Counted from the stretch's first letter, positions 19,563-30,306 are shown. The stretch is DNA of 64,000 bases from Ruminococcus sp. (GCA_021202895.1 JAJQCE010000029.1:9664-73663), one strand, 5' to 3'. The notes: generated by a model from the letters alone, not told the origin. Made by a program: numbers and translations.

Positions 19563-20636
19563 ATGAGTAAAAAGAAAGTACTTGTCGCTATGAGCGGAGG
19601 AGTTGACAGCTCGGTTTCGGTCAAGCTTTTACTTGACATGGGATATGAATGTGCAGGAGCGACTATGCACTTGTACAGCAACGACGACATAGGGCTTGAG
19701 CGAAGCAAAACCTGCTGCTCGTTAAGCGATGTTGAGGATGCACGTCTTGTCGCTTTAAAGCTAGGGATAGACTTTTTTGTATTTAACTTTTCAAACGAGT
19801 TTAAAGAAAAGGTGATAGACAGCTTTGTAAGCACCTATCTTTGCGGCGGCACGCCTAATCCCTGCATTGAATGCAACAAGCACCTTAAGTTCGGAAAATT
19901 TTTAGAGCGTGCCAGACTTTTAGGCTATGACTACATAGCTACGGGGCATTATGTGCGCAGAAAATTTGACGAAAGCTCCGGCAGATGGCTGCTTATGCGC
20001 TCGCCCGATTTAAAAAAGGATCAAAGCTATGTTCTCTACAACATGACTCAGGAGGAAATTGCGCACACGCTCTTTCCCGTCAGCGAAATGAGCAAGGACG
20101 AGATACGCTCAATTGCGTTTGAAAACGATCTTATCAACGCTGAAAAGCCTGACAGTCAGGACATCTGCTTTATCCCTGACGGCGACTATGTGAATTTCAT
20201 CACGCAAAGAGAAGGCGAACAGCCGCAGGGAGATATAATACTCACTGACGGTTCAAGGCTTGGTCGGCACAGCGGACTTATAAATTACACTATAGGGCAG
20301 AGGCGCGGAATCGGAATTTCCTACAGCGAGCCGCTTTTCGTAATTGACAAGGATTTAAGTACAAACACGCTTATCTTAGGCACAAAGGACAAGCTTGCAA
20401 GAAAATTCCTTGAAGCTAGTGATGTAAATTTCATTCTCTTTGACACGCTGACAGAACCATACCGCTGTACTGCGCAGACTCGTTACCATCAAAAGGATAT
20501 GCCCTGCACAGTTTATCCGCTGGAAAACGGCAATGTCAGAGTTGAGTTTGACACTATGCACAATGCCGTCTGCAAGGGGCAGGCTGTAGTGTTTTATCAG
20601 GGCGAAACGGTTGTCGGAGGAGGCAGGATATTATGA
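19563..20636 (+). CDS. mnmA: tRNA 2-thiouridine(34) synthase
   Basis: AMSGGVDS, TPNPCIECN, ATGHY, KDQSY, DSQDICF, TIGQRRG. Confidence 0.97.
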   Translation: MSKKKVLVAMSGGVDSSVSVKLLLDMGYECAGATMHLYSNDDIGLERSKTCCSLSDVEDARLVALKLGIDFFVFNFSNEFKEKVIDSFVSTYLCGGTPNPCIECNKHLKFGKFLERARLLGYDYIATGHYVRRKFDESSGRWLLMRSPDLKKDQSYVLYNMTQEEIAHTLFPVSEMSKDEIRSIAFENDLINAEKPDSQDICFIPDGDYVNFITQREGEQPQGDIILTDGSRLGRHSGLINYTIGQRRGIGISYSEPLFVIDKDLSTNTLILGTKDKLARKFLEASDVNFILFDTLTEPYRCTAQTRYHQKDMPCTVYPLENGNVRVEFDTMHNAVCKGQAVVFYQGETVVGGGRIL

Positions 20637-21832
20637 AAGAAAAAGCTATGAATAATGATTATATATACAAAATAGAAAGCGACGAGGTGAAAATCTGTCG
20701 TTTTAATCAAAGCTCAAGCCGCAATATAGAAATTCCCGCAAGCATAGATGGATATAAAGTCACAGAAATATCCTACTTTGCTTTTAAAAAATGTAAAAAA
20801 ATAGAAAGCATTGTTATACCTGACACTGTAAAAATTATAAATCACTTTGCTTTTTCCGAATGTACATCTTTAAAAAGCATCGTTATCCCTGATTCTGTTG
20901 AGAAAATAAGTGACAAGGCTTTTTTTATGTGCAAATCGCTGACATGCATAAGACTTCCAAACTCAGCAACCTTTTTTAACAGTTTCTCAACGGATAATGA
21001 GCAAGTCCCACCGAGATTTTTAAGATGTAAAGCTCTTACTTCAATAATTGCTGATCCTGAAAACAAATATTATTCAACAAAAGACGGAATATTATACAGC
21101 AAGGACGGTTCGGAGTTGACACTATATCCTGAGGGATTAACCAACGCTCATTTTTCAGTTCCAAAAGGTGTAAAAATCATTGGCGAACATTCCTTTTCGT
21201 ACTGTGATTCTTTAAAAAGTATACATATTCCCGACTCAGTTACTCAAATTAACATTTTTGCTTTTACCGAATGTAAAGCACTAGCGAAAGTTGAGCTTCC
21301 TGATTCACCTATAAAAATAGATTCTTTTGCATTTGAGAGCTGCAAAGCTTTAACGCAAATTGACATTCCCGCTTTTGCTAAAATGAATTTTGATTATAGT
21401 TTTTGTGGCTGCACATCGCTTGCTAAAATAAACGTTCATCCTAATCATAAATATTTATCCTCCTTAAACGGAGTAGTTTATAACAAGAACAAAACTGCTC
21501 TGTTACGCTGTCCTGAGGGATACCCTTATGAAAATCTTACAATTCCTGACAGCGTAATTGTAATTTGTGAGGACGCATTTCGCAATTGTAAAAAGCTAAA
21601 GCATATTGATATAGCTGATTCTGTTAAATTTATAGATTGGTTTGCATTTTATGGGTGCAGCAGTCTTGAAAGCGTTTATATACCAAATTCGGTTATAAAA
21701 ATTGGCGTTGGCGCTTTTGACGAATGTGATTCGCTTACAATTTATTGCCGACCTAACAGCAATGCGAGAATCTGCGCAAAAGTATGTGGTATTAAATATG
21801 CCACACGTTTATGGAAGCCAAAATTTAAATGA
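20633..21832 (+). CDS. BspA-type leucine-rich-repeat protein, no signal peptide
   Basis: Repeated IPDSVxxIxxxAFxxCxxL units and two GILYSKD/GVVYNKNKTxLxxxP turns. Confidence 0.88.
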   Translation: MKEKAMNNDYIYKIESDEVKICRFNQSSSRNIEIPASIDGYKVTEISYFAFKKCKKIESIVIPDTVKIINHFAFSECTSLKSIVIPDSVEKISDKAFFMCKSLTCIRLPNSATFFNSFSTDNEQVPPRFLRCKALTSIIADPENKYYSTKDGILYSKDGSELTLYPEGLTNAHFSVPKGVKIIGEHSFSYCDSLKSIHIPDSVTQINIFAFTECKALAKVELPDSPIKIDSFAFESCKALTQIDIPAFAKMNFDYSFCGCTSLAKINVHPNHKYLSSLNGVVYNKNKTALLRCPEGYPYENLTIPDSVIVICEDAFRNCKKLKHIDIADSVKFIDWFAFYGCSSLESVYIPNSVIKIGVGAFDECDSLTIYCRPNSNARICAKVCGIKYATRLWKPKFK

Positions 21833-21850
21833 CGTCAAAAGCTCTATATA

Positions 21851-21893
21851 AAAAATCACAGTCCGCAAAGCAAAAACGGACTGCGATTTTTTT
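21851..21893. terminator. Bidirectional terminator between the LRR and U32 genes
   Basis: AAAATC-A-CAGTCCG...CGGACTG-C-GATTTT. Confidence 0.65.
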
Positions 21894-23151
21894 ATCTCTT
21901 ATCAGCAGGCATTCTAACAATAGTATTTTTCTTGAAGCTGCGCTTTGACTTGATATAGAACTTCATAGCCGAGTGACAGGTGTTTTCAATCGGATTGCCA
22001 AGCTCGTCAAAAATTTCATCGGCTTTGATTTTTACAGGCTCGCCCTGCGGCTCTAAAAGCTCAAGTTCTGCGCCCTTTAAAAATTTATTTCGCTGTACAC
22101 ATTCTATCAGCTGCCGCTGTTCGTCATAGCCTGTCACAATTGCGACAGCGTCCCATTCACGGATATATCCGCTGTCCTTGTAATACTGGCTTTCCTTTGG
22201 ATGACCGAAAAAGAAGCCTGTGCAGTAAGCTCTGTGGCTCACCTTGAAAACCTCATCATGAATCCACTGTGGAAGTTCAAAGTTTTCGGGATTTGTTAAA
22301 AATTTGTCAACAGCACGGCGATAAGCATTCGTTATCACCGAAACGTAGTATGAGGATTTAGCTCTGCCCTCGATTTTAAGGCTGTCAACTCCAGCCTGCG
22401 CAAGCTTATCTACAAAGTCAATCATGCACAAATCCTTAGCGTTTAGAATATACAATCCCTTTTCGTCCTCGTAAATTGGATAATACTCGTTCGGACGCTT
22501 TTCCTCCATAAGATAATAGCCCCAACGGCATGGCTGTGCGCATTCTCCTCTGTTTGCGTCACGGTCAATAATGTACTGCGAAAGCAGGCAGCGTCCCGAA
22601 AAGCTCACGCACATTGCGCCGTGAACAAAGACCTCGATTTCAAGCTCCTTTGGCGTCTTGGCACGAATTTCAGATATTTCTTGAAGCGAAAGCTCACGGG
22701 CAAGAACCACTCGCTTTGCTCCCATATTGTAAAATTCAGATGCGGCAGCATAGTTTACAATCCCAGTCTGAGTTGACATATGAATTTCCATATCGGGCGC
22801 AAGCCTTTTAATCATCGCTAAAACGCCTATATCGTTTACGATAAGTGCGTCGACCTTAGCTTCAACCGCTTCGCTTAAAAACTGATCAAAGACGTCCATC
22901 TCATTATTTCTCGGCAGCGTGTTGCAGGTAAGATAAATCTGCTTGTCAAGCGAATGTGCAGTCTGTACAGCCTGTGAAAGCTGCTCAAATGTGAAGTTTG
23001 GCGACGCCGCTCTCATGCCGAACATTTTTCCGCCTAGATATACAGCGTCCGCTCCGAAAGCCAGAGCGGCATTAAGCCGCTCCATATCGCCCGCAGGAGA
23101 AAGCACCTCAAGCGGACGGGCAAAGTTAATTTTATTTCCCCTAACCGCCAT
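21892..23151 (-). CDS. U32 family protein (TrhP/YrrO-like tRNA hydroxylation)
   Basis: EVLSPAG, GADAVYLG, EVFVHGAMCVSFSGRCLLS, ANRGECAQPCRW, SLKIEGR. Confidence 0.92.
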   Translation of the reverse strand: MAVRGNKINFARPLEVLSPAGDMERLNAALAFGADAVYLGGKMFGMRAASPNFTFEQLSQAVQTAHSLDKQIYLTCNTLPRNNEMDVFDQFLSEAVEAKVDALIVNDIGVLAMIKRLAPDMEIHMSTQTGIVNYAAASEFYNMGAKRVVLARELSLQEISEIRAKTPKELEIEVFVHGAMCVSFSGRCLLSQYIIDRDANRGECAQPCRWGYYLMEEKRPNEYYPIYEDEKGLYILNAKDLCMIDFVDKLAQAGVDSLKIEGRAKSSYYVSVITNAYRRAVDKFLTNPENFELPQWIHDEVFKVSHRAYCTGFFFGHPKESQYYKDSGYIREWDAVAIVTGYDEQRQLIECVQRNKFLKGAELELLEPQGEPVKIKADEIFDELGNPIENTCHSAMKFYIKSKRSFKKNTIVRMPADKR

Positions 23152-24626
23152 TATTCGCTCAACCCCAGCAGCTCTAAATTCTCCTGATGCTCCTCATAGG
23201 TTTCTGCATAATAGCACTCATAGGTTTCAGGATCAGTGCAGAAGAAGTAGTAGTCGTTATCGTCAGGATAAAGCACTGCGTTTATAGCGTCAAGTCCAGG
23301 ATTGCATATAGGACCTGCCGGAAGCCCCTCGCAAACGTAGGTGTCGTAAACCTCGCTGTAAAAATCAAGCATTGTAGTGGAGGTTTCGGTTTTGCTTATA
23401 TAGCTTGTTACATAAATTCCCGTTGCGTCAGACTGAAGATAAGGATACTCATCGCTTTCAAGTCTGTTATAAAAAACCGCCGCTATTCCAGGCATATCCT
23501 CAGCGAAGCCCGCTTCCTTTTGAACTATTGACGCAAGAGTAATCACTTCGCTAAGAGTCATTCCGATTTCTTCCATGCGCTCGTACATATCGCTTGTTAT
23601 CTTAGATGACATATTTTCTCTGACAATTTTTGTTACGTTATAGGCTGAATCATCAACATAAAATTCATAGGTGTCAGGGAAGAAAAATCCCTCCATTGCA
23701 TAGTAGGTATCGGAATTTCTTGTCACATTTGCGTCTATCTCAAAGTCCTGCTCGGAATTAAACTGAAACAGGAAATCCTCAGCCGTGCATACTCCGTACT
23801 TTTCAAGCTTATTGGCTATGGCGTACAGACTTGAGCCCTCCGAAAAGGTCAGTGTGACTGTTTCATAGGATTCACGCATTGTCGAAAGCTCATTTAGAAT
23901 TTCCAAATAGCTCATATTCGGACTAAGTGTTATATCTCCAGGATAGAGAGATGGTGAATCGTTGATTCTCATTATTGCTTTAAACAACGTTTTATTTTCA
24001 ATTATACCGTTATCTATCAAAAGCTGAATTATTTCGTCTGTAGAAGACCCCTCTGGAATGTTAAAGGTAATATCCTGTTCGTTCTTGTTGATTCCTAAAT
24101 ATTCCATCCCAAGCATTATACCGCCTGTGGCTATTACAATAGAAACCGAAACAAGCACAATGGTAATTGTTATTCCGCTGATAACGCTGAAATTAAATAG
24201 GCTCTTCTTTTTAGCAGGCTTTTTCTTATTTGCTTTTTTAGCCTTTTTTGCTTTCTGCGATTTTTCGAGACTTTCTCTCTTAGCCTCCTGCGCTTCCATC
24301 TGTTCCTTTGCAAAAGCTTTATCTATATCGTCGCTGCCGATTTTAAGAGAAAAACCGCCTGAATCCTTTGCGGCAGACTCAGCCTGAGCTTCTGATACAA
24401 AGCTTTCCATATCATTTACAGATTCCTGAGAATCAGCCGAATTTAAAGCTTTTGCTCCATCATCATAGGCGGACAAATTTTCCTCTGCATCTGAATCTGA
24501 ATCAACCGTTTTCAGAATTTCTTCCTTTTCAGGCTCAACTAAATCCTGTACAGAATCATTCAGATTTAAAGTCGATTCCTTTTTGAAAGAAATATCAGGA
24601 AGCTCTCTTTTGTTTTTGTTTTCCAT
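23151..24626 (-). CDS. mltG: Endolytic transglycosylase MltG (YceG) with long N-terminal cytoplasmic region
   Basis: Single TM, EGFFFPDTY, LASIVQKEA, LQSDAT, GLPAGPICNPG, YYFF. Confidence 0.9.
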   Translation of the reverse strand: MENKNKRELPDISFKKESTLNLNDSVQDLVEPEKEEILKTVDSDSDAEENLSAYDDGAKALNSADSQESVNDMESFVSEAQAESAAKDSGGFSLKIGSDDIDKAFAKEQMEAQEAKRESLEKSQKAKKAKKANKKKPAKKKSLFNFSVISGITITIVLVSVSIVIATGGIMLGMEYLGINKNEQDITFNIPEGSSTDEIIQLLIDNGIIENKTLFKAIMRINDSPSLYPGDITLSPNMSYLEILNELSTMRESYETVTLTFSEGSSLYAIANKLEKYGVCTAEDFLFQFNSEQDFEIDANVTRNSDTYYAMEGFFFPDTYEFYVDDSAYNVTKIVRENMSSKITSDMYERMEEIGMTLSEVITLASIVQKEAGFAEDMPGIAAVFYNRLESDEYPYLQSDATGIYVTSYISKTETSTTMLDFYSEVYDTYVCEGLPAGPICNPGLDAINAVLYPDDNDYYFFCTDPETYECYYAETYEEHQENLELLGLSE

Positions 24627-24683
24627 ATATGTAATCCTTTCTTTTCGATACACGTAAAAAGCTTTCATAGCTTTTTACTCAAT

Positions 24684-25259
24684 TTAAAAGCATTTATCAT
24701 TAATACTCAAAATCTTTGTTTGAGTAACTATCATATCTACTGGCACATCGGTTTGTTCTTTCGGCAAAATATTTATCAAAAATTCGTCAAAGCATAGTCC
24801 GCAGCTTATGCCGTCATATGACGCTAAAAATCTGTCGTAAAAGCCCTTTCCAAAACCAATTCTTCCGCCGCTTAAATCAAAGCTCAGTGCGGGAACTATA
24901 CATATGCTGCCGTCAAAGCCTGAAAGCTTCGGACAGCTTTCCTTTGGCTCAAGCAAATTAAAGGATGCCCTTTCTAAATCATCTCTATCTCTCACAAGAT
25001 AAAAATCCATCGCATTTGAATTTTTCTCACACCTTGGAGCATAGAAGGATTTTTTATCGCTGCACGCTCTTTCAAATATAAGTGAGGTGTCAACTTCCAT
25101 TTCGGTTGAAATATAGCAAAGAACTACTTTGGCGGACTTATATTCATCACACCTGAAAAGATTTTCAGCAATAAGCTTTGAACCCTTGTAAATAAAATCC
25201 TGCGAAAGCTCAGAGCGTCTGCTCTTTAAGTCCTTTCTAAGTAAAAGCTTATCGTTCAT
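24684..25259 (-). CDS. 5-formyltetrahydrofolate cyclo-ligase
   Basis: EVDT, IVPALSFD..G.RIGFGKGFYDRFL, DVPVD. Confidence 0.92.
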   Translation of the reverse strand: MNDKLLLRKDLKSRRSELSQDFIYKGSKLIAENLFRCDEYKSAKVVLCYISTEMEVDTSLIFERACSDKKSFYAPRCEKNSNAMDFYLVRDRDDLERASFNLLEPKESCPKLSGFDGSICIVPALSFDLSGGRIGFGKGFYDRFLASYDGISCGLCFDEFLINILPKEQTDVPVDMIVTQTKILSINDKCF

Positions 25260-25797
25260 AGCATTGAAGGGTTGATGCAAGAGCGGCGGACTTTTCTTTA
25301 GTTGTAAGCACCTCAACAAGCTTTAGTCCAAATGTAATTGCTACGCCTGCTCCTCTGCCAGTAACAAAGCTGCCATCCACCACAACAGGCTTGCCGGTAG
25401 GCTTTGCGTTTTTCAAATCGCTTTCAAAGCCCGGGAAGCATGTACAGTATCTGCCCTCAAGCAAACCCTTATGACCTAAAATCTTTGGCGCAGCGCATAT
25501 TGCGGCAATGTATTTGTTGTTTTCCGAGCAAAAGTCAATAGCCGCCTGAACCTCAGGACAGTTTTCAAGATTATCTGCTCCTGGCATACCTCCAGGAAGG
25601 ACTATCATTTCAATCTCGTTATTAAGCTTGATGTCTTCAGCTTTAATATCAGTGACAAACTTAACTCCGTGAGCCGCCGTTATTTCAGTTGAACCCACTC
25701 CGACTGTCAATGTTTCAACTCCTGCTCTTCTGAGCAAATCAATCGGAGCCAAAGCCTCCAATTCCTCAAAGCCGTTCGCTAAAAATACATATACCAT
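25249..25797 (-). CDS. DJ-1/PfpI (YajL/ThiJ) family protein
   Basis: GFEELE, LPGGMPG, AAICAAP, TGRGAG. Confidence 0.92.
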   Translation of the reverse strand: MVYVFLANGFEELEALAPIDLLRRAGVETLTVGVGSTEITAAHGVKFVTDIKAEDIKLNNEIEMIVLPGGMPGADNLENCPEVQAAIDFCSENNKYIAAICAAPKILGHKGLLEGRYCTCFPGFESDLKNAKPTGKPVVVDGSFVTGRGAGVAITFGLKLVEVLTTKEKSAALASTLQCYER

Positions 25798-25849
25798 AAC
25801 CAAAACCCCTTTCAAATTTCAGACAGCTTATGAACATAACTGACTTTAT

Positions 25850-26755
25850 TTACAAAAATGAGATTGTATATTTTTCCAACAGATACAAAGGATGATAAGA
25901 AAGCTTAGATTTTTTTAATCCCTCAAGTCCTAAATCCTCTTCTCTGTTTATATACTTAAATTTATCAGCTGCAATCTTTGCAAGCTCATTGCAAAGCATA
26001 GGGTAAGCGCCCTGAATATTCGCATCAGCCTTTTCTATGTGAACATCAAAGGTATCACTGTTAAGCTGCCCGCCTATTGCAAAGCCTGCAAATTTGTCAT
26101 CTGAATACAAAATCACTCCGTCAAGCTCCAAGCTATCATAATCAGAAAAAAACTTATGAATCGCATACTGCTCAACTACAGATGAAAAGCTGTCCTTATT
26201 CTTCACATTATAGGAATTTGCCGCAAAGGCTATGCAGTAGTCAAAATCTTCAGGTCTAATTCTTCGCACCTCATACGGCTTGTCCTTTAAACGCTTGATA
26301 TGATTGCGTTTACCGTGATAGCGTCTGCCCGAAATTGAAGCTAAATCCTCGCTTGAATAGATATAATCAAAAGAGGAAGCGTCACCTGACACAGCTATTT
26401 TTTCACCGTACTCACTTTTTATCCACTCAAGATTTTCCTTTGTAACAGATGAAATAATCAGCCTATGTCCCTGCTCTTCAGCCTGCTTTTTCAAAAGCCC
26501 GAAAAGCTCAAAGTATTTGTTCCTTCCGCTGTCGTCAAGTTTTACACCAGCAGGAAAAGTGAAAATAGGTTGTGAGCCACGAAAGGAACAGCTGATGTAA
26601 AAATCATCATAGAAATCAATAAGTGTATTATTCAGTCTGCGCCATGCAAAATTATTCGCAAAGCAATATTCGCACCCTTGAAAATCAGATACAGCTAAAC
26701 AAGCGTTGATTCTGTCCTTATCCGTTATGTCAATTTCTCTGAAATTAAACATCAA
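25850..26755 (-). CDS. DUF2156 / PG-lysyltransferase-like GNAT domain protein
   Basis: FDYIY..EDL..G.RYHGKRNH, HIEKA, YINREEDLGLEGLKKSKLSYHP. Confidence 0.85.
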   Translation of the reverse strand: MMFNFREIDITDKDRINACLAVSDFQGCEYCFANNFAWRRLNNTLIDFYDDFYISCSFRGSQPIFTFPAGVKLDDSGRNKYFELFGLLKKQAEEQGHRLIISSVTKENLEWIKSEYGEKIAVSGDASSFDYIYSSEDLASISGRRYHGKRNHIKRLKDKPYEVRRIRPEDFDYCIAFAANSYNVKNKDSFSSVVEQYAIHKFFSDYDSLELDGVILYSDDKFAGFAIGGQLNSDTFDVHIEKADANIQGAYPMLCNELAKIAADKFKYINREEDLGLEGLKKSKLSYHPLYLLEKYTISFL

Positions 26756-26764
26756 GCACCCTCT

Positions 26765-27433
26765 TTAAAAAACATTTTCAAGCTCAAGAAGCTTTTTCGT
26801 CACTGCATCAATTTCTAGCGGCTTGCCGTCCTGAGAACATTCAACGACTATCCAGCCCTGCTTCTCGGCGGCATACAATGCAGCTTTTCTGCACTGCTTT
26901 AAAAAATTAACATTAGCTTCGTGAATATCCTTTTTTTCATCATTGCCTTTGTATCGTTTCAAAAGAAGCTGCTGAGAAATTTCAATTGGCATATCCAAAA
27001 ATATCACGCTGTCAGGCTCAGGCAATCCAAGCTTATTATATTCAAAGTCTCTCATCCATTCAAGATAGGAATCCCAATTCTCGTCTGTCAGCTTTGTCAT
27101 CTGATAAATACAATTTGAGGTAGAATATCTTGCCGCAAGAATAAGCTTTCCGTTCAAATAATCATCTTTCCAGAATCTAACAAAGCTTGCATATCTATCA
27201 ACCGCATAAAAGCTTGAAGCGGCATATGCGTTTACATCGTTTGGATTTTTTGAAAATTCGCCGTTTAAATACATCTTTACAAGAGCCGAAGAAGGTTCGT
27301 TATAATCAGGAAAGCTGATTTTTTTAACATCTGCTCCGTCAGCCGAAAGTATGTCGTAAAGTCTTTCAAACTGTGTAGATTTACCGGAGCCGTCAAGTCC
27401 CTCGAGCACAACAAGCTTACCCTTATCCGCCAT
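26765..27433 (-). CDS. tmk: Thymidylate kinase
   Basis: [12 protein letters not shown]-loop, [16 protein letters not shown]; adjacent to thyX. Confidence 0.88.
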   Translation of the reverse strand: MADKGKLVVLEGLDGSGKSTQFERLYDILSADGADVKKISFPDYNEPSSALVKMYLNGEFSKNPNDVNAYAASSFYAVDRYASFVRFWKDDYLNGKLILAARYSTSNCIYQMTKLTDENWDSYLEWMRDFEYNKLGLPEPDSVIFLDMPIEISQQLLLKRYKGNDEKKDIHEANVNFLKQCRKAALYAAEKQGWIVVECSQDGKPLEIDAVTKKLLELENVF

Positions 27434-28193
27434 TTTTAAGCTCCTTGAAAAACTCTCTCATTTCGTCAGGCTTGCCGCAGGACATCTTCCCCTCAGTGCA
27501 TACGCCGTTGACGCAGGACGGACCTGCGCTTTTAAAAAGTCGTGGTGCAACTGCGCTTACCTGCCGCAGCATTTCAACCGCTACCGCTCTGATTTCCCAT
27601 TGCGCTCTGTTACAGCAGCGAAGCTTAAAGAAATTAAGCAATGCTCTTGCGTTCATTGAAAGAATAATTTTTGTTTCACAGGCGTTTGGAAGTGCAAATC
27701 TTGCGTCCTCAATTGCCTTTTTCTTAGCCTTCTGCATTGCCTGCTTTTCGCTGATTCCTTGCTCTAAAAAGGCTTGATAATGCTTATCGGTAAGCATCTG
27801 AGCAAGCTTCTGATAGCTCTGTGCCGCAGACTGCATTTGTTCGATATAAAGCGAATTTATCTCATCATCAGCTGCAATTTCAGGCGGAGTTACATATTCA
27901 AACTGTTTCATGTCTACATAGCGTTGACTTTGCTGGGAATATGACGCAATTCTGTGCCTTACAAGCTGATGTGAACAAGCTCTTGAAATACCCTCAACCG
28001 CAAAGGTAAAGGTAACGTGTTCAAGCGGGCTTTCATGCCCGATAGACGCAAGCATTTCAACAAAGGATTCAATTTTTTCATCTGTAAGCCCGTCCATAAG
28101 CGAATCAACGTCCGCATTCGCATAGCAAAGCTTTGCGGCTGTAGCTATGTATTTTTCAGGTTCGGGCGTATGTGTCAGAAGCTTAACTTTCAT
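27423..28193 (-). CDS. thyX: FAD-dependent thymidylate synthase
   Basis: GHESPLEH and [23 protein letters not shown] ThyX motif; RAQWEIR. Confidence 0.96.
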   Translation of the reverse strand: MKVKLLTHTPEPEKYIATAAKLCYANADVDSLMDGLTDEKIESFVEMLASIGHESPLEHVTFTFAVEGISRACSHQLVRHRIASYSQQSQRYVDMKQFEYVTPPEIAADDEINSLYIEQMQSAAQSYQKLAQMLTDKHYQAFLEQGISEKQAMQKAKKKAIEDARFALPNACETKIILSMNARALLNFFKLRCCNRAQWEIRAVAVEMLRQVSAVAPRLFKSAGPSCVNGVCTEGKMSCGKPDEMREFFKELKNGG

Positions 28194-28423
28194 TCATTTT
28201 CACCTTTTTCACTGTATTTGCAGTTTTTCATCAAAAATCAAACTTATTTTTTCCTTATTTTGAATAAAATGTATATTTATAAGCGCTATAACGATACATA
28301 TATATTTATTATAGCACACAAAAGCGAATTTGACAAGTGCTTTTTAAAAAATAATCGCTTTTTTTAATCTAAAAAGGACATTTATGTCGTGGCAAATTAT
28401 GTAAAATAAGCATAAAACAAAAA

Positions 28424-28448
28424 AGAGCGAGCCATTTTGACTCGTTCT
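28424..28448 (-). terminator. Terminator downstream of the FN3 gene relic
   Basis: AGAGCGAG/CTCGTTCT stem followed by a T run on the minus strand. Confidence 0.5.
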
Positions 28449-28456
28449 GACGCTGT

Positions 28457-28795
28457 TTAGCTTTTGATTGTTGCCTTTTTGGTGGTGAAGTAGGAATAAA
28501 CCGAAACTGATCAATAGTGAATGCTATCCCAACAAGTCCCTTTGTCACCCAAAATACTTAGCACCCTCATCAGAACAGTTTTACGTGCAGCAATTCTAAA
28601 TTTATAAACGGTAGCTTTCTTCATGCCTGTAACTATATATGAAGTATCCGAGGGGTCAGCATAATCAATAGTTCCCCACATTTTTGAACTCGAATCATAC
28701 TGTTGAATACAGTATCCACCACACTTGACCTTGTTCCACTTTAAAGTGACAGTGGTTTTTGTCTTTGTCGCAGTAACGTTAGTAACTTTTTTTGT
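28457..28795 (-). pseudogene. 3' fragment of a fibronectin type III-domain surface protein
   Basis: Minus frame reads KVTNVTATKTKTTVTLKWNKVKCGGYCIQQYDSSSKMWGT...GMKKATVYKFRIAARKT, then shifts frame, ending YFTTKKATIKS*; no usable start or 5' part. Confidence 0.7.
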
Positions 28796-28980
28796 GTAGT
28801 CACAGCAACATACGTTTTACTCTTATTTGTTTATTTCAAGAAGAAAAAATAGAGATTGCAATCATGTGTGATTTCAAATTTAACTTGGAACATAAAATTG
28901 CAGTTGTATTCAAAAACGAAAAATTTTTCAAGATTGGTCAACAGGATATTATCCCTTGAAAATACACCTGACTTGCTGCC

Positions 28981-29022
28981 AAAAAGACTGCTATTTTGCA
29001 AAGAGAAAACAGCAGTCTTTTT
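28981..29022. terminator. Terminator of the siroheme operon
   Basis: AAAAAGACTGCT...AGCAGTCTTTTT inverted repeat. Confidence 0.7.
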
Positions 29023-29045
29023 AATCACAGTTAATCGTACAATAG

Positions 29046-30305
29046 TTATCGAAATTTAGAAATCACATCACAAGTATAATCAATGTCATCATCGCTGTGA
29101 GCAATTGACACAAACATTGCCTCAAATTGAGAGGGTGCACTGTAAATTCCGTTATCGAGCAAATAGCAGCAGAAGCGAGCAAACTGCGCTGTATTGCAGG
29201 AAGATGCATCATCAAAGTTTTTCACCTTGCGCTCGGTAAAAAAGGGAGTTATAAGCGAGCCAACACGATTGACATTTAAACCGATAAAAGTCATAGCATC
29301 CTCGATTTTCTTAGATTTTTGTTCAAGCTCTAAATAAATGCTTTCATTCTTCTCAAGTGCTTTAATTGTAGCAGATCCAGCCGATACGGCTACGGGATTT
29401 CCAGACAAAGTACCCGCCTGATAGACTGAACCTAGCGGAGCGACTGTATTCATGATATCCTCACGTCCCCCATAAGCGGCAAGCGGCATGCCGCCTCCTA
29501 CAATTTTGCCAAGCGTGGTTAAATCCGCATTGACACCATAAAGCTGCTGAGCTCCGCCAATCGAAAGTCGAAAACCTGTTATAACCTCATCAAAAATAAG
29601 TATACAATTATACTCGTCTGATAACTCTCTTAATTGCTTTAAAAAGCCCTTTTCAGGCGGTACAACACCCATGTTCGCAGCTACGGGTTCGACAATTATA
29701 CAGGCAATCTCGTTGCCGTGACATTCGAGGATTTTTTTTACACTAGAAATGTCGTTGTATCTTGCAAGAAACGTGTTCTCGGCATATCCGTCGGGTACTC
29801 CACTACTGCTTGGCATTGAATTTGTCATCAATCCAGAACCCGCTTTTACAAGCAATCCGTCGGAATGTCCGTGATAGCAACCCTCGAACTTTATAATTTT
29901 ATCACATCCTGTAAATCCTCTTGCAGCACGTATAGCACTCATCACAGCCTCTGTCCCTGAATTGACAAGACGCAATTTTGACATAGACGGAAAGTGCTTC
30001 TTAATAAGTTCGACAAGCTCGATTTCTCCCTCATGACAAGCTCCAAAGGTGAGACCCTTCTGGGCGGAAGAAATGACAGCGTTAATAACCTCACTGTAGG
30101 CGTGACCTAAGATGTTAGGTCCCCATGAGCATACATAATCGATGTACTCGTTACCGTCAACGTCGTAGATTTTTGAGCCGTTTGCACGATCAATGAAAAC
30201 TGGATTTCGCCCTATTGATTTGCATGCTCGTACAGGACTGTTGACACCTGCGGGCATAAATTCACACGCTTTTTGGTAAAGCTCATCTGATTTGCTAGTT
30301 GTCAT
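29046..30305 (-). CDS. hemL: Glutamate-1-semialdehyde 2,1-aminomutase
   Basis: PAGVNSPVRA, NSGTEA, GCYHGH, FDEVITGFR, LGKIVGGG, QAGTLSGNP. Confidence 0.96.
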   Translation of the reverse strand: MTTSKSDELYQKACEFMPAGVNSPVRACKSIGRNPVFIDRANGSKIYDVDGNEYIDYVCSWGPNILGHAYSEVINAVISSAQKGLTFGACHEGEIELVELIKKHFPSMSKLRLVNSGTEAVMSAIRAARGFTGCDKIIKFEGCYHGHSDGLLVKAGSGLMTNSMPSSSGVPDGYAENTFLARYNDISSVKKILECHGNEIACIIVEPVAANMGVVPPEKGFLKQLRELSDEYNCILIFDEVITGFRLSIGGAQQLYGVNADLTTLGKIVGGGMPLAAYGGREDIMNTVAPLGSVYQAGTLSGNPVAVSAGSATIKALEKNESIYLELEQKSKKIEDAMTFIGLNVNRVGSLITPFFTERKVKNFDDASSCNTAQFARFCCYLLDNGIYSAPSQFEAMFVSIAHSDDDIDYTCDVISKFR

Positions 30306-30306
30306 T

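Noticed and set aside
28811-29059. Short ORFs 28831-29028 and 28856-29059
   Set aside because: They overlap the hem terminator, lack an RBS and have no recognisable product.
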